From Protoeuglena noctilucae (Eukaryota), in assembly GCA_958009085.1 (NCBI GenBank), contig OY253669.1, positions 1,364,001 through 1,428,000 on the forward strand: 64,000 nucleotides of DNA, read 5' to 3'. Shown here piece by piece: positions 1 through 10,500 of the stretch; position 1 is the stretch's first letter; every line of letters starts with the position of its first letter. The notes beneath the pieces are model-generated. The model was not told where the DNA came from. It made no database searches and was given only the letters and a program-made list of their open reading frames with translations. A program made the translations under genes and the position numbers.

Positions 1-1791
1 CCACGCCACCGAGATCCTTCCATACGTCTACACTCCCACGGTGGGCGACGCTTGCCTCAACTGGGGCGCCCTCGTCCCCACGCCCCCCGGGCTGTATCTG
101 GCGCCTCCCGCGCGGTGCCGTGACTTGGTGGCCAACTGGCCCCACGAGGACATCCGCGTGGCCGTCGTGACCAACGGCGAGCGTGTGTTGGGTCTGGGGG
201 ACCTGGGGGCGCACGGCATGCCCATCTCCATCGGCAAAGGTCTCCTCTACACTGCTTGCGGGATCCACCCATCGCACATCCTGCCCGTCGTCGTGGACGT
301 GGGGACGGACAACGAGGCACTGATGCGAGACCCGCTGTACATCGGCCTGCGCCAGCCGCGCCTGCGAGGGGCGCCCTTCACGGCCTTCATGGACGAGGTC
401 GTCGATGCCCTGAGGGAGCGCTACGGCGCCTCTCTGATTGTGCACTTCGAGGACTTTGGGGCCTCCACCGCTTGGGTGACGGCCGACACGCGTAGCTTGC
501 GCCAGAGCCGCGCAGCTGTGCCATGCAATGCAACGTGCTGCGACGTGATCCGTGATGTGCTCTGACGTGCCAGCTGCGCCCGCTCCGTCTCCCGCAGGAC
601 GTCTTGCATCGCTACCGCCAGCGCGACGTGTGCGTCTTCAACGACGACATTGAGGGCACGGCGGCGGCCGTGGTTGCCGCCGTGCTGGGCAGCCTGCGCG
701 TGGACGGCGTCGCGCCGCTCCATCGTACGCGGCTCCTGTTCTACGGGGCCGGGCAGGCCAACCTGGGCGCCGCACGGCTCGTGGTGAAGGCCATGACGGA
801 GGCGGGGATGGATCGCGATGAGGCGGCCAGCCGCGTCTGGCTCATGGACTCCCGGGGGCTCATCTACAAGGGCCGTGGCCACCTCAGCGATCAGAAGGTC
901 GAGTTTGCGCATCCGCTGTCGAGCCTCGGCTCGCGAGCCAACGGGCTGGACACGCAGGTGACAGCGAATGCCAGTGTGTCTGGCAGCCCGTTCGTGCTCC
1001 CACCACGCACCCTGCGTCCGGAGAGCCGCCCGCTGCCTGGGCTGAGACCTGGCCTCGTCCGCCTCGCAGGACCTGGTGGCCTGCATCCGGGCCACCACCC
1101 CGTCCGTACTGCTGGGCGCCGCGGCGCAGAGGGGCGCCTTCACGAGGGAGGTGGTGGAGGCCCACACCGCGGGCGTGGCCGAGGTGTACGGCCCCGGCGC
1201 CAGGCCCGTCATCCTCGCGCTGTCGAACCCCACCAGCAAGGCCGAGTGCACGGCCGAGGAGGCGCTGACGTGGTCCGGCGGCCACGCCGTCTTCGCGTCA
1301 GGCACGGCGTTCCCGCCCGTGGCGCTCCCCGGCGGCTGCACGTACGTGCCCGCGCAGAGCAACAATGCCCTGGTCTTCCCGGGGGTCGTGCTCGGGGCCT
1401 TCGCGTGCGGCGCGTCCCAAATCACCGAGTCGATGTTTCTGGCCGCGGCGAGGACCCTGGCGCAGCAGCTGACGCCCGAGGAGCTCGAGCGCGGCATGAT
1501 ACTGCCGTCCATTCAACGGCTCATGGGTGAGGGGCTGGCCTCTGCAGCCGAGCCGAGCGCTGAGGGAGCAGCCGGGGACCGGCGCGCTGCGTGGCGCACG
1601 CAGGGCTGGCGCAGCACGTCGCGGCCTCCGTGGCGCTGACGGGGCGGATGGAGATGGTCGCCTCCAACCGGCAACATCGTGGGAGCGCGCTAGAGTGCTT
1701 AGAAAAGAGCGGCGGCGGTGAGCTGGCGCAAGCGTGCATCGCGCCCCTCATCTACACGCCCTACGCGATGGCGCGCGGCATCCCTGAGTGA
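1..1791 (+). CDS. Malic enzyme (NAD(P)-dependent, decarboxylating), 5'-truncated by window edge; 3 introns (~476-597, ~958-1069, ~1527-1603)
   Basis: Motifs VTNGERVLGLGDLG, HFEDF, FNDDIEGTA, GAGQA, DSRGLI, LALSNPTSKAEC, NNALVFPG join in frame across GT-AG introns; stop TGA 1789-1791. Confidence 0.93.
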
Positions 1792-1795
1792 CAGG

Positions 1796-2287
1796 TCAGG
1801 GAGGGCCATAGTCCCTGGCCGCCCGTTGGGCCATCGAGTCCTGCAGGCACGGGCAGGCCAGGTGTGGGTAGGAGCGGACCATCTGTGAAAGACTACCTCG
1901 CTGCGGTCGCGTCGCCATTACCTGCTCCCGCTGTCGCTTCGCCTCCTCCAACAGCTGCTGCTGCTGCTCCCTCATCTCGCGCTGCATGGGACGGCCACGT
2001 GCAGCGAGTCGTCCCCAGGGGCAGAACCCCCGTTAGCGGCGCTGCTATTCAAGAAAACGCACGCGCCGCACCTCCATCTGCTCGAGCTTCTCGAGAGTCA
2101 CGGACTTGAGAGGCAAGACCTTCGGCTTGCACAGCACCTCGCCGAGGTTGCCCTTCTCGGAGACGACGAGCCCCGACTTGGGCAGGACCTCCGCCAGCTG
2201 ATTGGACTGCGCGGACGAAAGGGCGGGGCGCGTAAAGGGCGCTGGGACCCGCCAGGGTCGCGGAAACCTGCCGCATGCACTCGCCAT
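1796..2287 (-). CDS. BBIP1: BBSome-interacting protein 1 (BBIP1/BBS18) homolog, 4 coding exons
   Basis: Spliced product MSNQLAEVLPKSGLVVSEKGNLGEVLCKPKVLPLKSVTLEKLEQME-REMREQQQQ...; EVLPK..G and LCKPKxLPLKSVTLEKLE are BBIP1 signatures; first coding exon is only ATG followed by a GC donor. Confidence 0.85.
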
Positions 2288-3233
2288 CTCTCCGCCCGAA
2301 GCCCGAAGCCCCGCCACGGGTCGCCACGGGTCCCCGCCCTACCAGTCTTTTACGGGAAACACTTCGTCAATCGCCGACAGTGTGAGAAGCAGTTATTGCT
2401 GCAGGAGAGGGCAGGAAGACGGGGTGGACTCTCCGCGTCGCGTGCGGCCAGGGCGCCACTTCCTTTGTGTCGGAGCTGCAGTGCTTGCGTGGGGGGCGTA
2501 TACGCACAGTTCCGCGTGACCCGTGGATTGATATCTCAGAGACGTTTCGCTGGCACTTTGTTTCTGATCAGCCGTCGACGCCTTGACGCCTCGAACGACG
2601 CGCGCGCACGCGTTAGTTTTGTGAGATGGGTCCGTCACAGTCGCCGAGTCTCTCGCCACGCTTCTTGCCCGCTTCACGCCCGCGCAACGAGTTCACGAGT
2701 CTCCAACCGCTTCGGTGAGATTTCATGGCTCACACTTGGCCGAGTCCAAGGCCCCTCGCCCCTCCCCCGACTCCCGCCACGGCCCGGGTGTCTGCGAACT
2801 CGGCCCGCCCCCGCCGGCCACCCCGGGACCAAAGGCCGACTGTCGGTGGGATTTTCGTGAATCCGTGACGCTGTAATCCTCGCCGGGGGTCGCCCGCGCG
2901 ACCCCGAGAGACCCTGGCCTGCGGGGGGACGCCGTGCCGGTCCCCCCTGGCCGCGCGACGTGCTGGAGTGACGCCCGGGGATGGTAGCGTCCAATCGCCG
3001 TGCGCGCCTGGGGTCCTTGCCCGCCCCGGTGGTGGGATTTGGGGCACTTCTCGCGCAGGTCAGCTGACGCGCCCATCCCATCCCTGCCTGTAGGATCGAG
3101 CTCGTCGTTAGTCTGGGCGTTCGGGCTTCGCTGGGCGGGCGCCGGTCCCTGGGCTCGGGAGGGCGGAGGAGGCAAGCTGGAGACGTCGGTGTTTGACGTC
3201 CCGCGCCCGGGCGGTGGATCCCCGGTTGACGTC

Positions 3234-4710
3234 ATGGGGGGCTCGCAGTCCAAGGACGGTGAGGGGAGGGAGGGGAGGTCCCGGCGCCAGCAAATCGCCC
3301 TCCGCGCTGCCGAGAGCCCTGCCCGATCGCTCCCTCTCGCAGAGTGCGGGCCGCTCGTTTCTCACCACCGCGACGTCGTCGCCGAGGGCGCACTCTCGCA
3401 CGTGAAACGATCGGGTGGAGCCCGCGCCGCCATCTCGTCCGAGCAGATCGACGCCCGTGGCCTGGGCGCGCGCGTGCGCCGCGGCTCCCGCAGCGCGGAG
3501 CCCACCGGCGACGGCCACGCGCTCCACACGCTCGGTTTGGGCCACTTCAAGCCCAAGGAGGCGGACGTGGCGGCGCGCATCGTGTCGGCCATCCGAGCCA
3601 CGACCTTCCTCTTCACGGACATGGACACGGACCAGCTCTCGGAGGTCGCCAACGCCATGGCCGAGACGCACGTGGCCCCGGGCGAGGTGGTCATCCAGCA
3701 GGGCGACGCCGGCGAGTACTTTTACGTCATCGAGTCGGGCGAGTTTGTGGCGGAGAAGGACAGGCACATCGTCTACGCCTACCACGGCCACGGGTCCTTC
3801 GGAGAGCTGGCCCTGCTCCACGACGCGCCGCGCGCCGCCACGGTGCGCGCTCTGTCGCCCGGGACGCTGTGGCGCCTCGACCGCCGGACCTTCCGGCGCA
3901 TCATCGTCATCTCCAACGCCATGCGCCGGTCGCGCAACGTCGAGCTCCTCGGGCAAATCCCGGCCTGGGAGGGCCTCCTCACCATGCAGCAGCGCCAGAG
4001 CATCGCCGACTGGTGCGTCCCTCCGCTGCTTGGCTGCACCGTGCCGCCCGCCGCGGTCAGCGACCCACCCACGCCGCCCGCCCGCCCCGCCCGCAGCCTC
4101 TCGTGGGAGATTTTCCAGGACGGCCAGTACATCATCCGCGAAGGCGAGACCACCACGGACAAGTCCAAGTTCTACATCCTCGACAAGGGCGCCGTCAAGT
4201 GCTACCGCACCATCAAGTGAGGGGCAGCTAGTCCCACTGCGCTGCGTACTCGTTTGCATGAGGAGCACAGGAGGCGGCACTGCAGCACAGCCATGGCGTG
4301 CGTTTGCCTGCGCCATGCCGTCTTGCCTGGCTAACACGTCCGCTTCTCTCCCTTTCAGCGGCGACAAGGTCCTGGTGAAGGACATGAAGGCCCCGGGCTA
4401 CTTCGGGGAGATGGCCTTCATCGTGCAGTCCTCTCAGCGGTTCGCGGACGTGGTGGCCGTCGGGGAGGTGCAGGCGAGTTGGCGCGCGATGCGGGTTGCG
4501 TTGAGTTTGACAGTCATGGACCCAGGCAAAGGCTGCAGGCGACGACGCTGATGCGGACCGCAGCTCCCAAGCCCGTCCGCGCCCGCTTCCGCCCCGCAGG
4601 TGCTGGCCATGGAGAAAGGGGCCTTTGAGCGGCTCACCGGACCCCTCACGAGGCAGCTGGAGCGCGACGTGGAGCAGATGCGGCAAGTCGTCGAGTCCTT
4701 CTCCGTGTGA
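3234..4710 (+). CDS. cAMP-dependent protein kinase regulatory subunit-like (two cNMP-binding domains)
   Basis: MGGSQSK start; RRGS inhibitor-site motif; FLFTDMD..VIQQGDAGEYFYVIESG..SFGELALLHDAPRAATV; second domain IIREGE..FYIL..YFGEMAF..R.ADVVA..FERLTGP; 4 introns. Confidence 0.85.
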
Positions 4711-5697
4711 GCGCCGGACGGGCACGCGGATCGCATCCGGGCGATTCAGGGCGCCTAACAAGCGGATGCCAGCACAGGCACCGCCGCCCACCTCTCGCAA
4801 CAACATTGCCATGCCCTCGACGCCCACCATGCCATGCCATTGACTCTTCCCGCCGCTCCGCCGGCGCCTGCCTGGGGCGGGACCCTCGGGCACCCAACGG
4901 CCCCCGGCAGTCTCGGCGATGCCCCATCGATCTCTCTCTCACTACCGCGCTCCTCGCCTGGCCTGTGTCGTCACGTTTTGAGGGGCCGCCCGCCCGTGCC
5001 AGCGCACGCCAGGGCTGCCCCGCTCCGCACCGCAAGTGCCCATCTGTTTCCGCATTCCCGGAGTCGCACGACGGACTAGACCTGAGGGCAGATACCACCG
5101 CATCGGTTTGCGTCTTGCGCGGCTCCGCAGCTGTGGCAGGGCGGGCTCGCGGACTCGAGCCTCGTCCATACCCGCCCCACCTGTAGTGTCGGATGCCGCT
5201 TGGCAGGATGTTGCTGAGCGTGCCTGTATGCAGCACACCCTCCCCCCTCCCGCTACCCCGATGTGCGCTTGCCGATGCGTGGCTCGCCCTCCTCCCTGTG
5301 CTCGCTGTCCCTGACTGCGCCTCCCCGCTCGCCCTCCGTGCCCCCGACCTGCCCCCTCTTTTTACGCTGCGGCTCTTTGGACCTGTCTGCGGTCCACGCC
5401 AAAGCCGGGCCCCTCTTAATCGCCCGAGCAGCGTTTGAGGCCCTGCCTCATGTTGCATCCACTAGCAGTTCCCAGCCGGCGTCGACCACAGGACGCCTGC
5501 GTTCGCCTCTTCCCACCTCCGTTCCCGGTCACACGTGCGGCCCTGAGTGAGCCCCAGGCCAGGCGGTGCTCTTTGCCTAAAAATCTCTAGATAGCAGCCA
5601 GTGCGTTTGAAGGGTGCCAGTTTCAACCACGACTCTCAGCGCTGTATTCGAACTAGTCGGTCAGCATCGACAGCGGGGAATGATGTCGTTGATGGGA

Positions 5698-7339
5698 TCA
5701 CGCCCCCTCAGTAGAGGTTGCTTTGGGCCGCACCAGCAGGTACAGCAGCGGTCCGACCAGGGGCAGGAAGCCGAGGAGGCCCGACGCGGACTCGTACTGG
5801 AAACCGCGCGCCTGTGGGCGGGGGTGAGTCGGGGAGAGGTCAACAGGTCACACGGTTGCGCCGTCCACGCCCTCAAAGGGCAGGGTGCCCTAGCGACAGG
5901 CAGCGAGGTCACGCCGTGATGAGGACGGCCGCGCGTCACCTTGGCGTCCACCGAGACCCAGTACCCGGACAGCAGCGTGCAGAGGGTGAAGTCGATGGTG
6001 GTGACGTGGACAAGCCTGGACTCATCGAAGAGACGGACGTAGGAGAGCCAGTCGGGGCCCGTGGCTGTCCCCATCAGGTAGAACTGGTACAGAGCGACTC
6101 CCAGCAGCCCCACTGCGGCGCGCGGGGGGCGAGGGAGCGCGTGGGGTGGAGCAGGGGAGCAGGGTCGCACATGCAAGGGCATGGCACCTGCACATGGCGA
6201 CTGCAGAGGTGCCGGCATGCACGCACCGATCAGGACCGGGTTCTCGAGGCCGCGAACGAAGATGGACAGGTCCTCCTTCTTGGGAGGCTTCCCAGCCGCC
6301 GGCTGCGGCTCCCAGAGCGCCATGAAGGGCTGCAGGGGAAGGGAGACGGTGTTAACGTGATGCCCAGTCATGGCAGCACCTGCATGCTGCGCGTGGCGCG
6401 TGCGTCTCGCGAATGCTGGCGTTACCAGGAGGGCGAACATCCCCAGGAAGAAGGAGGCGGCGCAGAAGGGCCATGCAGGCACTCCGTTGCGACTCTTGGC
6501 CGAGGGGATGAGGAGGGCCATGTATACGGCGGGCCAGACGCCCATCAGGTTGAAGACCGCGCGGAAAATCTGCAGACCGACATCGTGAGCCTCGCAATGG
6601 GGCGCGCGCGGTTTCCAGACGCCCGCGCCAGCCGCATCCAACGCTCGCAGTCCACACTTCACCTGGTTCACGTCTCGCGCCGCGTCCCCCGATACTCCCA
6701 CGAGCGCCTTCACAAAGAACTCGTCCCTCTGCGTAAAAGGCGAATGAGCGATGTGATCGAGACGCGTCGAAGGAGCCGGGAGCGCGGCACCTTTAGGCAG
6801 AGCCACACCATGGGCGTGAAGTTCGGGGCCAAGAGGAAGACGTACGCCAACAGAACCACCCACATCAGCCCAAGGACTGCGTTAGGTCCAAGGTTGATGT
6901 TGCCGGTCGCGCCGGGGCCCGAGACGGCCGGGGCTTTGCTCCGAGCCCTCCATGCCGCGATCCACTCCTGCGCGGGAAAGGATGACTACCTTGGCGCAGC
7001 GGTGGTCGCCGCGGATACATACCAATGTTTACTCTCCATGCGCTCTTCGAGGGGAGCGTGCGGTGGCGCATCAACGAAAATCACCTTTGCAGCCTGCCTT
7101 CGCTCCGCCACGGTGCCCTCCACGACGTAAGGCTCCGCCCGGTTCGTCGGCATCGCCAGCCCGTACTCGGACACCTCCTCTGCCACCGCATTGACCCGCG
7201 TCGCGCTCCCCTGCTTCACAACGCACGGCAGCGCAGGGACACGCGACGTGCACCCCGGCCGAACTGAGGCCGCGCCTCCTCGCAAGTTGCAAGGCCTCGC
7301 GGCGCCCGCGGCCCCCACAACATGACGCAGGGACTGCAT
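5698..7339 (-). CDS. Plastid-targeted multi-pass membrane protein, DUF2834-like (cyanobacterial/plant family)
   Basis: Arg/Ala/Ser-rich transit-peptide-like N-terminus; exons encode FNLMGVWP, PAWPFCAASFFLGMFALL, LFDESRLVHVTTIDF, VPLVGPLLYLLVRP; about 6 GT-AG introns. Confidence 0.7.
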
Positions 7340-7553
7340 CCCCGGACTGCAACGAGTTCCTCCGCTTGTCGCGACCGCTTCGCTTCACGCAGCGTTCCCA
7401 GGACCAAAATATGCTCGACGAAGTCCGCAAAAGTTCAACCCACGTCAGCCCAGCAAGTGCTCCCTTGCGGCGATAACAACTCTGTCTTCTGGCCCTTCAC
7501 TGGAGCGCCAGGCACACTGATCTGACGGCGTCCGGTGCAGCACGTCGTGCGCC

Positions 7554-10500
7554 TCACGACGCCATGGCCGGGGCAGCCCGCAGCGCGGCGGCGCCCATGA
7601 GCGCGTCGATGGAGAAAGGCGCGTCGGTCCCGGGAGGGCACACCTTCTCCACCAGGGGCCCGCTGAAGATGTTTTGGACCGTGACGGACGGGCCGTAGGG
7701 CAGGTTGGGCAGGAGCTTGGGGGTGAGGAGGAAGCACTGCGGCGTGCCTTCCTCGGACGCCGTGCGCACCAGGAGGTTGTAGATCTTCCGCTCGTTGACT
7801 GGGTCCATCCCCTGGTTGATCTCGTCGACCACACGGAAGGGCGTACGCGTCACGCCCTGCGACCAAGACCGACAAGACCCAAAATGTGGATATGGACCAG
7901 CGAGGGCAGCAAGCGCGCAGCAGGGGGCATCCTGCTGAGCATACCATGACTGCCGACGCGCCCCCACTCATGCCGCCCTGCACCCCGTGCGATACCGTGC
8001 CACCTTCCACCGAGCGCCCCGCACCTGTAGAGCCACCAGGAAGGCGATCGTGGACACGCTCCGCTCCCCGCCCGACTGCCGGTCGTGCGAGAGCACGTGC
8101 AGCTCCTCCTTTGCACGGAACTTGACTTTGATCTCCAGTCGGTACTTGGCGTAGTCCTGGCCGTTCTCGCCGGCGGGCACCAGCGACACCTGCCCCGCCA
8201 CGCCGATGGACTCGAAGTCCCGCTGGAACGTCTCGTGGATGAGGTCCACCCGGCGCTGCAGGGCCGGCAGCCACGCGCGGTGCGTAGCATCCATGTCCTC
8301 ACGAAGGTCACCCACGCGCTTCTGCGTTTGTGACAGAGACGGGATTCACTCTCCATGCTCCAAAGGCAACTCCGTCCCCGGCCCCATTCTCATCCCAGCT
8401 CAACCTTCATGCAGCGCCGCGCACCCCCGCCCGTCAGCACACCCATGTCACTCACCCGCACGGCGGCCATCGTCGCGAGCTTGTTCTCCAGAGCCCCCTG
8501 CAGCTCCCGGTACTGGTTCTCGGCCCCGGGGTTCTCCACACGTATCCGCCGCACTTGCGCCGTCAATTGATCCATGTGCTCCTCCAAGCCCTCCACGTCC
8601 ACCGGCAGCGCCCGCATCGCCGCAGCGGCGCGGCCCAAGTCGCTCTCCGGGTCGGCCGCGTCCAAATCGTCGCCCAGGCGGTACCCCATCGGTGCCTTGT
8701 GGAGCCACGCCTCTTGCGCACCCACCAGGCGCATTCGGTCCTCCTCCAGGATCCTGCGAGGGAGTAGCGAGGGCACATTGCAACCCGGGTGCGTCGCGGC
8801 GCGGTCTCCGCTGAGCCCGGCAGCCTGCAGGCCATGGTGCCATCAGTCGCCGCAACACTCAGCGCATTGTGCAGCTGTAGGTGGGGCGCGTGTCATTCCC
8901 AAGCCAGGCCGTCAAGGATCCTCAAGGAACATGAGGGACCCTGAAGTGAGCCTCAGAGACCCTCAAGGACTCTAACAACCCCTCCAAAAACCCCAGGGCC
9001 CTCAGGGACCTGCACACACTCAACTACATTCACACACACACCCCGGCCTGCCCCTCACGTCTGCACTTGCTGGACCTTCTGTGCCGCCTTCTTGACCGCC
9101 GCGCTCTGGACCTTGGCCTGCTCGTAGTCCTCGACCGCGACGCGCTTCAGCGACAGCGTCTGCGCCGCCAGGACGTCCTGGTCGCGCTGTGCTTCGGCGA
9201 GCGCATCCGCCGTGGCTGCCAGGTTCGCCGCTGCCTTCACGAACGCCTGCACGTGAATCCTCAGCTCCTCCTCGCTGCGTGGAGAGTCAAGAGAGTGAGA
9301 GCAGTGAGAGGGAGCGAGTGAGGGCAAGACGACCGGCAACTGACGGGAGCGAGGGGGGCAGCGAGCCGTGACCAGCGGCGCCATGCGCGCGCTCACTTGC
9401 GGCCCTGGCGCGTGATGGGGTCTTGGGTCTGCAAGTGGACGTTTAGCTTGGCCTTGCATGTCGCCACCGCCCCGAGGGCACTCTTGGTCGCCGCCTCCGC
9501 CCTGCGCTGCTGGTCCACCAGCCCGTCTGCCTCCCTGCAACGAACGAGGGACACATGAGGAAGGTCAAGACAGCTGCACTCGTCCACGCACAGGCTCACA
9601 TGCAGAGCAAGTCGGGCAAGGTCGCTGAGCTGCAGAGCAGGGCAGTGTCACCTCAGCATGCTTGCTATTTCTCTTCATCACCGCTCACCTCTGCACGTCC
9701 GCCATCTCCCTCTCCATCGCAGCCACCTCCTCCTTGACCCGTGTGAGCCCCTCCCGCTCCTCCCTGAGCTCTCGTTCCTTCTCCTCGATGCAGCGCACCA
9801 GCGCCTCGCGGTCCGCTCGGTCTGCGAACAACAGCACGGCAGCCCTCACAGCACGACGCGGGCACCTCGTGTCACCTGACCCCGCATCTGGGGACCATCA
9901 GACCCAAGTTTGTCCGTACCAAGGCTTGTCTGTCCCAACGCAAGCCTCGTGAGGACCTTCATGACATGCACACACCGCCACGCATGCAGCGAACAGCCAT
10001 CATGGCCTGCCATGTGTACGACAATCAGCACTCGCACTCGCCTTGGTCCGACTCCCCGCCCAGCAGGTACTCCCCCCACCCATAGCGGATCGGAGCCATG
10101 GCTGCCGACTCCGCGCCCCCGTAGCGCGAGCGGGTGAAGGAGAGCTCGGCGTTGGGGACCATCATGCGGCCCTGCTGGAGGTTGGGACGCGCCTCCACCA
10201 GCCTCCTCGCATCTGCGGGTGCGCAGGGTGGGCTGCTCGTCTGGTATGCAGAGTAGGGCAGGCAGCGGACGATGGGTGCGCGACAGTCCCAGGTCTGACG
10301 AGCAATGGGATGGCATGCGCGCGCTCACCCTCCAGCGTGGCGTCCTGCCGGAAGACCAGCCGCTGGTTGATGTTGGCGAAGTCGCACAGCATGGCCTTGA
10401 TGGTCGGTGGCGCCTCCAGCGCCGCATCGAGCGTGGCCTGGACTTTGAAGCCCTGGTACTCCCTGGCGTGGCCCAAAGGGTGGCTGACCTCTGAGCTCTG

